Positions 6,336-16,500 of a stretch of DNA of 45,633 nt are shown in pieces. The notes under the pieces are model-generated. The model made no database searches. It worked only from the letters and a program-made list of their open reading frames with translations, and was not told the DNA's origin. Numbering within the stretch: position 1 is the stretch's first letter; the number at the start of each line of letters is the position of its first letter. A program made the translations under genes and the position numbers. Source of the DNA: a virus; the IMG/VR virus record IMGVR_UViG_3300043119_000202, positions 1 through 45,633 of that record; one strand, written 5' to 3'.

Positions 6336-8607
6336 GCTGGTCATGGAGCTTGAGCTATTGCTGGGCGAGTTCCGTCAACAGACCAAGGAGGCCGAGCGTG
6401 AATCAGATAGAGTCAGGGGCTCTCTTGAGAGAACGCGCAGAGAGGCAGAGCAAACATCTAGCAGCTTGGCGTCCGCCGCCTCAAGTATCCGAAAAATCTT
6501 CGCAGCGGTCAGCAGCATCATTCTTGAGCGACTAGCCACCAACATCGCCAAAGTAAACGACCAGCTCTATTTCATGCAGCAGCGGCTAGGCCAGTCGGCT
6601 CGCAGCATTACCCTAATGAGCAATGCCGCCGCCGCTTTGGGTGGCGATGCTGCTGCGATGCAGAACACCATGAAGGGGCTGAACCAGTCCATCCAGCAGC
6701 TTGTCATCATGGGTGACGCCTCTGCCCTGCCGTTCTTCAACGCGCTCGGCGTAGGCGTTACCGATGCACACGGCAAAGTGCGCGACATGAACGCCATCAT
6801 GCTGGACATGGCCGAGTCGTTCAGCCGCATGGATCGCCGCCAGGGCTACGCGCTTGCGTCCGCCATGGGCATCGATGACGACACGGCCAAGGCGCTCATG
6901 CAGGGCCGCGAAGCCATGCAGGCCATGATTGACGCTCAGTCTGTGCTGTACACCAGCACGCAGCAGGAGCTAGCGGCCAGCCGTGAGCTACGCCGTCAAC
7001 AGGCTCTGCTCGGCGCATACTGGGACGGCATTAAGCTAATGCTTGGTAACGCGATTGTTCCGTTGTTACTCAAGGTTACGCAGGGCGCACAGCGGTTTGT
7101 CGATTATCTCATGCGCAATGAGCGCGCCGTTAAGCGGTTTTTCGAGGGGCTGGCATATGTCGTCGGTGCGCTTACCGTCGCGGCGTTTGCTAAGGCGGCG
7201 TTGGCAGCCGTGGCACTACTGGCGCCGTTCGCCCCGCTGATCGCCGCCGTCACGTTGCTGTCCGCTGGATTCTTGCTGCTTTATGACGACTACAAAACCT
7301 GGGCCGAGGGCGGCAAATCGCTGTTCGACTGGGAAGCCTTCCAGGCATACATAGACGGCACTGAACTGTCGGTCGATAACCTGGCCAACGGGTTCGTTCG
7401 CCTGCTAACCGGGTACAACAGCTGGGAGGAAGCGCTAGGCGCATTCCGCAAGTGGCTGGAGCTGAAAGGCTTCCTCGATAACGGAAAGCTGTCCGTGGAC
7501 TCGCTGGCCGAGGGGTTCCGCAACCTGGGCAGGGATATGCTGGAATCCATGCCGGTATTGCAGGCCATTATTAGCGCCATGAGCAAGATCGCATCGGGCG
7601 ACATTAGCGGCGCTCTGAGCGATCTTGCAAGCATCCCCAAGGCCGCATTCAAGAACGCCGCAGGGCTGCTAGGTGGCGCCGTGGAGCATGTTGCGGGTGC
7701 AGTTGATACGTCAATGGGGCAAGACCCGTCGAAGGGCGGTACGCTGTCGGGTATCGTGCGCGGCGTGCGTGATGCCGTGGGCGGGTTTTTCGGTGGTGGC
7801 GGCAGTGACGCAACCAGCGGTGACATTGAGGCCATGCTGGCCGCTCAGGATAAGAAATACGGATGGCCCGAGGGCCTGGCAAAAGCCGTATGGATGCAGG
7901 AGACGAGCGGGCGTAAAGAGTTCATCGACAACCCGGCCAAGTACCACTACGAGAAGAACGAAGAAGGAAAGCGCATCGCGCCGCATACCGGCAAGGTGTC
8001 AACTGCGTTCGGCCCGTTCGGCATTCTGGAGTCCACTGCGCGCGATCCGGGCTATGGTGTCACGCCGCTGCAAAACAAGTCGCTTGAGGAGCAGATTCGA
8101 TTTGCCTTCGAGTACCTGGCCGCACTAGAGAAAGAAGCCGGAAGTCTGGCGGGTGGACTTGGCCGATATGGCGAGGGCAGCGGATACGCTAAGAAGGTCG
8201 AAAAGCGTCTTGAGGAAGTGCAGACGACAAAAGCGCCTGCTGTTAAAGAAAGCGCGCGCGCCGAGGTAGTAGAACGCAAGAATGCACCAGCGCCGGCGCC
8301 TGTGCCGACTACCAAGCCAGAGCCGCGCGAAAGTTTTAACTTGCTCCGATACCTGTCCGATCTCACCAAGATCACGCAGCCAAAAGATCAAACTTCTAAC
8401 GAAGCGCGAAACTTTACGCGCGGCGCTTCGGTGTCTGCTGGCAGTCGCCAGAATGTCACGGAAGTTCGCAATGACACCAAGGTCGATATCCATCAGCTGA
8501 ATGTACACACCACTGCTGCTACACTGCCGGCTATTACAACTGAGGCACTTGGAACAGCTATGGACAAGAGCGCAAACATGCTTAACCAGACGGCGAGCGG
8601 TTTATGA
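6313..8607 (+). CDS. Tail tape measure protein with a C-terminal lytic transglycosylase-like domain
   Basis: 764 aa, helical and Ala/Gly-rich with hydrophobic segments. Region about 7830..8130 encodes WMQETSG...AFGPFGILEST, resembling an SLT catalytic Glu-Ser context. Confidence 0.85.
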   Translation: MSSHLVDKLVMELELLLGEFRQQTKEAERESDRVRGSLERTRREAEQTSSSLASAASSIRKIFAAVSSIILERLATNIAKVNDQLYFMQQRLGQSARSITLMSNAAAALGGDAAAMQNTMKGLNQSIQQLVIMGDASALPFFNALGVGVTDAHGKVRDMNAIMLDMAESFSRMDRRQGYALASAMGIDDDTAKALMQGREAMQAMIDAQSVLYTSTQQELAASRELRRQQALLGAYWDGIKLMLGNAIVPLLLKVTQGAQRFVDYLMRNERAVKRFFEGLAYVVGALTVAAFAKAALAAVALLAPFAPLIAAVTLLSAGFLLLYDDYKTWAEGGKSLFDWEAFQAYIDGTELSVDNLANGFVRLLTGYNSWEEALGAFRKWLELKGFLDNGKLSVDSLAEGFRNLGRDMLESMPVLQAIISAMSKIASGDISGALSDLASIPKAAFKNAAGLLGGAVEHVAGAVDTSMGQDPSKGGTLSGIVRGVRDAVGGFFGGGGSDATSGDIEAMLAAQDKKYGWPEGLAKAVWMQETSGRKEFIDNPAKYHYEKNEEGKRIAPHTGKVSTAFGPFGILESTARDPGYGVTPLQNKSLEEQIRFAFEYLAALEKEAGSLAGGLGRYGEGSGYAKKVEKRLEEVQTTKAPAVKESARAEVVERKNAPAPAPVPTTKPEPRESFNLLRYLSDLTKITQPKDQTSNEARNFTRGASVSAGSRQNVTEVRNDTKVDIHQLNVHTTAATLPAITTEALGTAMDKSANMLNQTASGL

Positions 8608-9305
8608 TTCCTGGCATGCCTAACATCCCTAACTTGCCAGCCGGCCCAGGTGGCATTGTTCAGGAAGGTCTTAACTCGCTGATCAGTTTCGGCGGCGCGT
8701 TCGCTATCGGGCTGATCTTTGGCGACCGCTGGGGCATATTCAACGAGTTCGGCATTCCCATCCTGCTGGCGGATAACGTCACCTCGGTGGAGTTCCAGAA
8801 CACGGCCAATGTTGCCAATGCGCCTTTGGAGAAAGGCACGTTCGCCAGCTACAACAAGGTGCAAGACCCGTACACGGCTACCGTTCAGATGACCAAGGGC
8901 AGCGGCGGAACGCTTGAGCGTGGGGCGTTCATCGCTCAGCTTGAAGCGCTGTCCCGCTCTACCCTGCTGTTCAACGTGCTGACGCCTGAATACGTTCACC
9001 GCAACGCGGCTATCACCGGGTTCGGCTACCGTCGCCTGCCGAACGAAGGTAACAGGATCATCGTGGCGAACATCGAGCTGAAAGAGGTTCGAGAGGTACG
9101 GGTGCAATACGAGCAGGAAGAGGTGGCCAACCCCGAGGACTCTCGCACAACTGATGCCGGAGAGGTCGAGAACGAGCCTGGCGAGTCTATTCTGAGCCAG
9201 GGCGCGCGCGCTGCTGGCGAGATTGCTACCGGACTGCGTGATAAGGGTCTGGAATTTTTGGATCAGGTGCAGTCGGCTCTAGGCGATATTGAGGTGCAAT
9301 TTTGA
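8604..9305 (+). CDS. Baseplate or distal tail protein (putative)
   Basis: ATGA overlap with the tape measure stop. Position only. Confidence 0.55.
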   Translation: MIPGMPNIPNLPAGPGGIVQEGLNSLISFGGAFAIGLIFGDRWGIFNEFGIPILLADNVTSVEFQNTANVANAPLEKGTFASYNKVQDPYTATVQMTKGSGGTLERGAFIAQLEALSRSTLLFNVLTPEYVHRNAAITGFGYRRLPNEGNRIIVANIELKEVREVRVQYEQEEVANPEDSRTTDAGEVENEPGESILSQGARAAGEIATGLRDKGLEFLDQVQSALGDIEVQF

Positions 9306-9580
9306 TTGAAGTAATCCCACTGCGCGCCGTGCCGAATCAATCGTTAGTCGCTAGGCCGGGCGGCCAGGTGTACGCAATAGATATTGTGACGCGTCGCGGC
9401 AGGCTGTATATCACCGTGCGCGTGAACGGCGAGACTATCGCCCGCAATCGCGCCCTGCTGTCCTATGCGCCCATTGAAGGCGACTTGATGCTAGTGGACA
9501 ACCAAGGCAACGACGATCCGACATATCAGCAACTCGGGCAGCGCTTCCTGCTGACGTACTGGCCTCCTGCCGATGAATAA
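9302..9580 (+). CDS. Small baseplate protein (plug-like, putative)
   Basis: TTG start overlapping the upstream stop (tTTGa). 92 aa; VPNQSL...G..Y.I recalls baseplate-plug family starts (from memory). Confidence 0.45.
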   Translation: MIEVIPLRAVPNQSLVARPGGQVYAIDIVTRRGRLYITVRVNGETIARNRALLSYAPIEGDLMLVDNQGNDDPTYQQLGQRFLLTYWPPADE

Positions 9581-10457
9581 GAAGGTAATCCGCGCCACCA
9601 TCACGCTGGTTGGCGACACGTTCGACGAGAGCGGAACGAACGTATTGACCGCCGAGGGGCTGCGCGTCTCTACCGTAGTGCGTTTCGGTGGTGGCGCCAT
9701 CATGCCGAGTGCTGAGGTGACTATCTACGGCCTGTCGCTCTCGACTATGCACAAACTCATGCGTATCCGCTGGCAAGACCTGAATAGCATGCTTAACCGC
9801 ATCCGCATCGAGGCCGGCGAGCAAGGGCAGCCGCTGATTCAGGTGTTCGAGGGCAACATTACGTTCGCCTATATCGACACCAGCAACGCGCCTGAGATTG
9901 CGCTGCGCATCTCGAGCATGGCGGGGATTTTGGAGGCGTACCGGCCAGCAAGCCAGCTGGCGTTTCCAGGGGAGACGCCAGTGGTGCGGGCCATCGCTGA
10001 TATATGCGAGCGCATGGGCTACATATTTGAGAACAACGGCGTGCCTGAGTCGCTAACGATGCAGAACGTCACGCTGGTTGACACGGACATGAACAAGATT
10101 CGCAAGCTGTGCAGGGATTACCAGATTGACCTGTACGTTGAGCACGGGCTGATCGCCATTGCACCACAGGGCGCACCGAGGGCGCTGCGCATTCCAGTTC
10201 TGACGCCGAAGACCGGCCTTCTCGGTTATCCTGTGCCGACGATCCAGGGCGTTGACGTGCGCTGCCTGTGGGACCCGATGATCAGGTTTGGCGGTATCAT
10301 CCGTATTGCCGATTCTCTGATGGAAACTACTAACGGCGACTGGCGAGCGTTCGGCGTGACCACAACTCTTGAGTCTGAGCTGCCAGGCGGCGCATGGTTC
10401 ATGGATATCCAGGCTACTTTCAGAGGTGCAAACGATGCCGCCATCAGCAGAGCGTAG
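9573..10457 (+). CDS. Baseplate hub protein (putative)
   Basis: 294 aa between the tape measure and the spike-like gene. Overlapping starts. Confidence 0.55.
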   Translation: MNKKVIRATITLVGDTFDESGTNVLTAEGLRVSTVVRFGGGAIMPSAEVTIYGLSLSTMHKLMRIRWQDLNSMLNRIRIEAGEQGQPLIQVFEGNITFAYIDTSNAPEIALRISSMAGILEAYRPASQLAFPGETPVVRAIADICERMGYIFENNGVPESLTMQNVTLVDTDMNKIRKLCRDYQIDLYVEHGLIAIAPQGAPRALRIPVLTPKTGLLGYPVPTIQGVDVRCLWDPMIRFGGIIRIADSLMETTNGDWRAFGVTTTLESELPGGAWFMDIQATFRGANDAAISRA

Positions 10458-11082
10458 GCCGTTTACGCCCGAGCAGTCAGTCCCTGGGCCGATGCAGCAG
10501 GAGGCCATTATTGCCCGGCTGATTGGTCGCGTGTTTACGCATAGCGTTGTGCGCGTGGTCGCTGTTGATCCAGGCGTTACCGGCCCGGTCGGCTTTGTGG
10601 ACGTTGTAGACCTGGTGCAGCAACTGGACGCCAGCAATAACGGAATACCAAACGAAACGCTGTACAAGCTGCCGTATTTCCGCCTGCAAGGTGGCCACAA
10701 CGCCATAATTATTGACCCGAAAGTTGGCGACATAGGTATGGCATCGTTCGCCATGCGCGACATAACCAGCGTGAAGAAAGACAAGGTGGAAGGCCCCCCG
10801 CCCTCGCGCCGTGAGTACGATGTTTCGGACGGCCTATATATCGGCGGCTTCCTGAATGGCGCCCCGGTTCAGTTCATCGAGTTCTTGGAGTCGGGCATCA
10901 ACATAACTTCGACCGGCACCGTTACAGTCAATGGCACACTGTTGCAGGTTAACTGCCCGATCCGCGCTACTGGGGATATTACCGATAACGTGAGCACTCA
11001 GAACTTGAGTATGGCCGGCACACGCGCTGTGTATAATGGGCACAATCACGGCAGTGGCCCGACACCGAATCAGGAAATGTAA
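10435..11082 (+). CDS. Baseplate spike / assembly protein V-like (Mu gp45-like, putative)
   Basis: ATG 10435 has RBS gaggtg 6 nt upstream. The ORF-track start at 10369 has none. Confidence 0.6.
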   Translation: MPPSAERRPFTPEQSVPGPMQQEAIIARLIGRVFTHSVVRVVAVDPGVTGPVGFVDVVDLVQQLDASNNGIPNETLYKLPYFRLQGGHNAIIIDPKVGDIGMASFAMRDITSVKKDKVEGPPPSRREYDVSDGLYIGGFLNGAPVQFIEFLESGINITSTGTVTVNGTLLQVNCPIRATGDITDNVSTQNLSMAGTRAVYNGHNHGSGPTPNQEM

Positions 11083-11438
11083 TGGCTACGACACTGTTTC
11101 TTATGCCCACCACCTGGGACTTGACGCTAGACGCAGACGGCAACATCGCCGTGGCGACTGATATATACCAGCAGGCTCAGGACATATCGACGGCATGCCG
11201 GACTTTCACGGGTGATCTGTATTATGATACGGCGACCGGGATTCCTTACGACACCGAGATTCTAGGCGGAACCGGGTTTCCCCTGGCGCTGTACAAGATG
11301 TATTTAGAGGACGCCGCCAAATCAATCGGCGGCGTTGTTTCGGCGCAAGCTGCAATCAGAACAAATGACCGGCGCAACGTAATAGGCGCTATCATCTTCA
11401 CGAACGAAGAAAACCAGACGGGCCAGATTAGTCTATGA
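11082..11438 (+). CDS. Baseplate wedge protein (gp25/W-like, putative)
   Basis: 118 aa. TAATG overlap upstream, followed by the J-like gene. Confidence 0.6.
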   Translation: MATTLFLMPTTWDLTLDADGNIAVATDIYQQAQDISTACRTFTGDLYYDTATGIPYDTEILGGTGFPLALYKMYLEDAAKSIGGVVSAQAAIRTNDRRNVIGAIIFTNEENQTGQISL

Positions 11439-12646
11439 CAATCCCGAACATTCAGTTTACGGCACAGGGCATCGATGCGCCGACACGCGAAGCGGTGACG
11501 AATGGCCTGTGGGCGCTCATGCGTCAGGCGTTCGGGCCGAATATCACCGAGGACTCACGCACGCCGCAAGGCCAGCTAGTCACGTCGCTGACTGCCGTTA
11601 TCACTGACCGGGATTCTCAGTTTATCGAGCTGGCAAACAACTTCGATCCGCGCTATTCGTTCGGCAAGTTTCAGGATGCGCTTGGCGCGATCTATTTCCT
11701 GAGCCGTTCGCAAGCAACGCGCTCAGTTGTCACGCTTGCTTTCACGGGATTGGCTGGCAGCATCGTACCTGTTGGCGCTAAGGTTCAAGATGGCAACGGC
11801 AATATATGGGAAACTACGCAGATGGGCACCGTTGACGTGCCAACCGGAACCGTTACGGTTAGCGCGCGCGCTCAAGTCCCAGGCCCTATTCAGGCTGCTA
11901 CCGGCACGATTAACAATCTGCTGGACACGCTACCAGGCATCGACCGGGCAGAGAACCTAGTCCCGGCAGTACCTGGCAGCAATGAAGAATCCCGCTCCGA
12001 CTTCGAGCTGCGCCGCGCGGACTCGGTGGCTGCTAATAGCAGGCTGACAAACAGCGCGGTGTTCGGCGCAGTGTTTGATCTGCCAGACGTTATTGACGTT
12101 CGCGTGATTGATAACCCGTCTGACGCTGCAATCACTGTTGGCGCGACCAACTACCCAATGATCCGCAACAGCCTGCTAGTTTCAGTGGTCGGTGGCGATG
12201 ATTACCAGATCGCCGGCAAGATCATGGCTAAGGGAGGAACCGGCTGCGCGTTCGTCGGCAACACTGAAGTGCTGTGGAAAGACACCGATAACTATGACGA
12301 CGGATTCCCGCCTGAATACCTGGTGAAGTTCCTGCGCCCTACTATCGTTCCGCTGTACTTTGATATCCGCGTTGCTGACTTCAACTCAGTATCTGGCCCG
12401 CAAATCACCGCCGCACGCCAGAGCATTGCTAACCAGCTAGCATCCGGCCCACGTCGCACGCGCATTGGCGGAACAGTTGTGGCGTCGTCGTTCGGACGCG
12501 GACTAGACTCAGCGCTTGGCGTTGTTGAAATCAAAGTCTCAACAGACGGCGCTACCTGGCTTAGTCTGATAGAATTTGGCATCGACCAGTTCCCGTCCAC
12601 TGCTGCAAACTTGATTACGGTTAGTCAGTATGTCGCCGCTCCTTAA
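11435..12646 (+). CDS. Baseplate J-like protein
   Basis: 403 aa. ATGA overlap. Position W-J-I-fibre as in P2/Mu-type baseplates. Confidence 0.7.
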   Translation: MTIPNIQFTAQGIDAPTREAVTNGLWALMRQAFGPNITEDSRTPQGQLVTSLTAVITDRDSQFIELANNFDPRYSFGKFQDALGAIYFLSRSQATRSVVTLAFTGLAGSIVPVGAKVQDGNGNIWETTQMGTVDVPTGTVTVSARAQVPGPIQAATGTINNLLDTLPGIDRAENLVPAVPGSNEESRSDFELRRADSVAANSRLTNSAVFGAVFDLPDVIDVRVIDNPSDAAITVGATNYPMIRNSLLVSVVGGDDYQIAGKIMAKGGTGCAFVGNTEVLWKDTDNYDDGFPPEYLVKFLRPTIVPLYFDIRVADFNSVSGPQITAARQSIANQLASGPRRTRIGGTVVASSFGRGLDSALGVVEIKVSTDGATWLSLIEFGIDQFPSTAANLITVSQYVAAP

Positions 12647-13259
12647 ATCGACCATCATGTCGCAATACGCAAACAGTCCCGTGCTGTTGCGTTTGATTGA
12701 GGATATTGGCGACCGTATCGATCCGACTGCCGATATTGAGCAGTTTTACAACATTGTGATGAACTTGCATACGGCTCAAGGTTTCGGCCTTGATATATGG
12801 GGCCGCATTGTCGGTATATCTCGGCGCGTATCCATTGCCGACCCGGAAGGCGAATACTTCGGGTTTTCTGACGGATTTTATCCGTTCAATCAGCGGCCTT
12901 TTTTCTCGCCAACTCAGAACGCATACGAGCTGCCGGATAATGTTTATCGTGGCCTGATTTTTATTAAGGCAACCGTAAACATCATCAATGCCACCGCGCC
13001 AAATATTAACCGGTTGATGAAAGCTGCTTTTAACGGCAAGAAGTGCTATTTTCTCATCACTGGGCACATGAAGGCGCGCTATGTTTTCGAGTTCGCGCTG
13101 ACTCCATTTGAGCGATTCCTTGTTTACAATACGGATATATTGCCTCGCCCGTGCGGCGTTCAAATTGAAGTTATAGACGCAATACCGCCAGAGACTTTCG
13201 GATTCACTGGCACTGGCTTCCAACCTTTCAACCAAGGGACATTCTATGGCGGACTATAA
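12630..13259 (+). CDS. Baseplate/tail-fibre connector (DUF2612-like, putative)
   Basis: 209 aa between the J-like and fibre genes. Markedly lower GC: hand count of line 12961..13020 gives 25/60. Confidence 0.6.
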   Translation: MSPLLKSTIMSQYANSPVLLRLIEDIGDRIDPTADIEQFYNIVMNLHTAQGFGLDIWGRIVGISRRVSIADPEGEYFGFSDGFYPFNQRPFFSPTQNAYELPDNVYRGLIFIKATVNIINATAPNINRLMKAAFNGKKCYFLITGHMKARYVFEFALTPFERFLVYNTDILPRPCGVQIEVIDAIPPETFGFTGTGFQPFNQGTFYGGL

Positions 13260-14943
13260 GATTCTCACTATTCCGTTTGCGCGCGACGCCGTGCCGGATA
13301 TGGTGAACGATATCCCTGAAACTCCGAGCCCTTCAGAGCCTCAGCTGGCGTCGTATCGCCAAGGGTTCCCGGTTATCACGACCATCCCGCTGGTGGCAGG
13401 TGGCCTTCCGCCTGAAGGCCAAGACTTCAACGGTATCTTGCGCGATATCACCCAGCACATCGTTCATCAGAACCAGGGGGGTATGTACAAGTTCGCACCT
13501 GAAGTTGTAGCTGCTGGCGGTTATGCCAAGGGCGCCGTTCTGGCATCCAATGACGATCTTTCGCTGTGGGTGTCGCTGCAAAACAACAACGTGCAGGACT
13601 TCAACACCGGCACGCCTACCCAGTGGGCGCGGATTGCGTTTAGCGGGCTGGATGCGCTGCTAAATACAAAGGCGGACAAGGCTGTTTCTATCAATGCTGG
13701 CACCGGCCTGACTGGCGGCGGCAACTTGAGCGCAAACCGTACTTTGTCCGTCAACTACGGAACCACTGAGGGTACTGCTGCTCAGGGCAATGATAGTAGG
13801 TTGAGTGACGCACGCGAATGGTCTGCTGAAACTGTATCACAGGCAGAAGCTGAGGCAGGTACTGCAACCACCCGCCGGGCGTGGACAGCAGAGCGTGTGC
13901 GGCAGGCTATTGTTGCGTGGTGGAATGGCGTTAGTAGTGCGTGGGGTAGGGGCTTTGTGGCGTCTGCTGATGCCGCAGCTGGCCGTACTGCACTGGAATT
14001 GGGTAATGCTGCTACGGCGAATGTGACTACCAGTGCAACGGATACAACCGCCGGTAGGTTATTAAAAGTTGGTGATTTTGGGCTTGGGGGGCCGGTTTTT
14101 CACCCGACCGACTGGAACACAACTATGTCCAGTGGTATTTACAGCTCAGGTGGTAATCCATCAACGGGCATTATTCCTTATGATCCCCCGTTCGGCTCAA
14201 CATTAGTAATGCGGTATATGGAGGGGGGTTCTCCAGTTTTAACGGCAAAACTGCATATTAGATATGATGCTGTAGAGCCTAGAGCATATATTCAGAGTGG
14301 AAACCAAGCCCCTTGGCGAGAACTCTACCACACCGGCAACCTGTCTATCGTGCAGACAACCGGCCAATCCGCCGCATCAATTATGAGCCAGAAGGCGGTG
14401 ACTGATGCGCTTTCTGGATTTGTTCTTGCCACGCAAGCCGAGGCAGAAGCGGGAACCGATAACTCAAAGTACATGTCGCCGCTTCGGGTTTTTCAATCAC
14501 TGCGCTCGGCTGCGGCACTCGCCACGGAAACGCTACGCGGCGTGCTCCGCGTAGGCACTCAAGCAGAGGTGGAAGCGGGAGATCTGGACGACGTGGCGGT
14601 CACCCCGAAAAAGCTGCGCTTCGGTGTTTCCTATCTGATCGCGGCCAATGGGTACTTGGCCTTTCCGAAGTGGCTCGGCGGGCTCGTCATTCAATGGGCA
14701 AACGTGCAGGTCTATACGAATGGGTCCAGCGGCGGAACGTCCTATCTGACACTCCCAATGGCATTCCCTGGCGAGTTTTTTGGCGCGTTGGCGATCAAGA
14801 AGAACACCCCCGCGGTCAATGGGGCGGAAACAGTTCAGGCCGCGCCTTACACGCTCAGCCAGGTGGCAATTAGCCTTGACTCTGCGTCGGGCCAAGAGGG
14901 CGCTGGAAATCGGGACATCTTTTACATCGGGCTAGGGAAATGA
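13246..14943 (+). CDS. Tail fibre protein
   Basis: 565 aa. Three copies of the motif (S/T)QAE(A/V)EAG..., Gly-rich segments, and a C-terminus [14 protein letters not shown]...TLPMAFP typical of gp53-like fibre tips (from memory). Confidence 0.8.
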   Translation: MADYKILTIPFARDAVPDMVNDIPETPSPSEPQLASYRQGFPVITTIPLVAGGLPPEGQDFNGILRDITQHIVHQNQGGMYKFAPEVVAAGGYAKGAVLASNDDLSLWVSLQNNNVQDFNTGTPTQWARIAFSGLDALLNTKADKAVSINAGTGLTGGGNLSANRTLSVNYGTTEGTAAQGNDSRLSDAREWSAETVSQAEAEAGTATTRRAWTAERVRQAIVAWWNGVSSAWGRGFVASADAAAGRTALELGNAATANVTTSATDTTAGRLLKVGDFGLGGPVFHPTDWNTTMSSGIYSSGGNPSTGIIPYDPPFGSTLVMRYMEGGSPVLTAKLHIRYDAVEPRAYIQSGNQAPWRELYHTGNLSIVQTTGQSAASIMSQKAVTDALSGFVLATQAEAEAGTDNSKYMSPLRVFQSLRSAAALATETLRGVLRVGTQAEVEAGDLDDVAVTPKKLRFGVSYLIAANGYLAFPKWLGGLVIQWANVQVYTNGSSGGTSYLTLPMAFPGEFFGALAIKKNTPAVNGAETVQAAPYTLSQVAISLDSASGQEGAGNRDIFYIGLGK

Positions 14944-15512
14944 CTATGAAATTCTTCTTCTGTGCCGAAACCCTCGGCTTGTATCCGGGCGCCCCTTATG
15001 GCGATGCACTCGGCAAACCCGTTGTCGAGATCACCCCCGCCCGCTACCTGGAGCTGGCAGGCCAGCAACTCGCCGCCGATGAAAACGGCAACCCAGTGCT
15101 GGCCAGCGCCGTCTACGCGCCAACCGAGGCGGACCTATGCGTCCGTATCGACAGCGCAGCAGATCGAGCCCGCCGCGCCGTAGCAGGCGACCCCCTGCGC
15201 GCTGTTGAATACGACCGAGCCCGTGTGGCTGCCGAGCAGTTCGCCGCCGCCGGCTACGAGGGCGAAGTGCCTGCCATGGTCGCGGCCTGGGCCATCAACG
15301 GGCGCACGCCGCAGCAAGCGGCAGACAGCATCCTCGCCGAGGCAGCGGCCTACACCCACGCCCTGGAGCTGCTGCGCACCACACGCCTTGCCGCGAAGGA
15401 GCAAATCCGCGCGCTGATGGGCGCCAACCAGGTCGAACAGGCCCAGCAGGTAGCAGACCAGACCATCGCCGCGATCGAGGCCGCCGTCGCCGGCATTGGG
15501 AATAACGCCTAA
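14940..15512 (+). CDS. Tail fibre assembly / chaperone-like protein (putative)
   Basis: ATGA overlap with the fibre stop. Ala-rich 190 aa. Call by position only. Confidence 0.45.
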   Translation: MTMKFFFCAETLGLYPGAPYGDALGKPVVEITPARYLELAGQQLAADENGNPVLASAVYAPTEADLCVRIDSAADRARRAVAGDPLRAVEYDRARVAAEQFAAAGYEGEVPAMVAAWAINGRTPQQAADSILAEAAAYTHALELLRTTRLAAKEQIRALMGANQVEQAQQVADQTIAAIEAAVAGIGNNA

Positions 15513-15934
15513 TGGTCGCCCTGGCCTTGTACAAAGGGCGCGGCCAGCTGGGCAACGCCTTCATCCGCTGGTGGACTGGCTCGCAGTATTCGCACTGTGA
15601 GTTGGTCGTGGGTGACTGGTGCTATTCCAGCTCCATGATGGACAAGGGTGTGCGCCGCAAGTACATCGACACCGATAGCGGGCACTGGGATCTGATCCCG
15701 CTGCCCTTCGCTGATGGCGAGCGCATCCGTGACTACTTCGAGCGAACCGATCACCACCGCTACGGATGGCTTGGCCTGATACGCTCGCAGTTGTTCAACC
15801 GCAACAGGAATACGCACGGTGCGCAGTTTTGCAGCGAGTGGTGCGCGAACGCGCTGGGTCTGCCGAACGCGCCGAGTTATAGCCCGGCTTCGCTGGGCAG
15901 GCTGGTGCAATACATTAACGAGGTCAAAAAATGA
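15512..15934 (+). CDS. Permuted papain-like (YiiX/C92, NlpC/P60 superfamily) cysteine peptidase/amidase-like protein
   Basis: WWTGSQYSHCELV (His context) and AQFCSEWCANAL (Cys context) match the permuted papain-like pattern (from memory). Confidence 0.5.
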   Translation: MVALALYKGRGQLGNAFIRWWTGSQYSHCELVVGDWCYSSSMMDKGVRRKYIDTDSGHWDLIPLPFADGERIRDYFERTDHHRYGWLGLIRSQLFNRNRNTHGAQFCSEWCANALGLPNAPSYSPASLGRLVQYINEVKK

Positions 15935-16491
15935 TCTACGCAAAATGGCTCGCCTTGTCGTTGCTGGATTGGCTGCTGCTACTGACCGTCCCCGTGGCTG
16001 CTCCAATAATCGCGGCAATCTACCGCGAGCAACCTTATGGTCTAGCCCCGTATTCATGGGGCTGGATATGGGGCACCTACGACAACCCGCCGCAGGGGGA
16101 CGAGGGTTTTGTTCGCAAACGGGCGCCGTTCCCCGGCTATACCACCGGCTGGCGAGGATATCTAAACCGCTGCATGTGGATGATCCGTAACCCGCTGTAT
16201 GGGTATGCGCGCAAGGCTGCTGTCGATTATTCGCCATCGCTTGTGGTGACGCACAAAGGGCGCGAGGATATCAGTGACAAATACAAGCGCCCCGGCTGGT
16301 ACTTCGCTCAAGCCGTAGACCTGGCGGGCCGTACCGTGGCGTTTGAGTTCTATTGCGTGCTGCCCTGGGGCTTCGGTCGCTGCTTGCGCGCACGCCTAGG
16401 CTGGAAGATCATGACCGACAAATTCCAGCGGTACGGATTCGCGCAACTGGTGAACACATTCAACCCATTCGACGGATACGGCGACGACTAA
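15931..16491 (+). CDS. Membrane-anchored protein of unknown function (186 aa)
   Basis: ATGA overlap upstream. N-terminal hydrophobic helix LALSLLDWLLLLTVPVAAPIIAAI, then the Trp/Gly-rich motif WGWIWGTYDNPPQGDEGF. Confidence 0.6.
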   Translation: MIYAKWLALSLLDWLLLLTVPVAAPIIAAIYREQPYGLAPYSWGWIWGTYDNPPQGDEGFVRKRAPFPGYTTGWRGYLNRCMWMIRNPLYGYARKAAVDYSPSLVVTHKGREDISDKYKRPGWYFAQAVDLAGRTVAFEFYCVLPWGFGRCLRARLGWKIMTDKFQRYGFAQLVNTFNPFDGYGDD

Positions 16492-16500
16492 GGGCAGGGC

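Noticed and set aside
13831-14628. Diversity-generating retroelement targeting the tail fibre (repeated motifs as VR/TR)
   Set aside because: No reverse transcriptase gene anywhere in the window. The repeats are short protein-level motifs, not a ~100-bp DNA template/variable pair with adenine-specific differences.
15509-16237. 242-aa minus-strand ORF. The same applies to 10053..10784, 41358..42026, 43630..44280, 37388..38005 and 37896..38606 on the minus strand.
   Set aside because: All lie antisense to coupled plus-strand genes inside a unidirectional operon, lack RBS and start context, and have biased Arg/Pro/Ala composition. I treated them as non-coding shadows.
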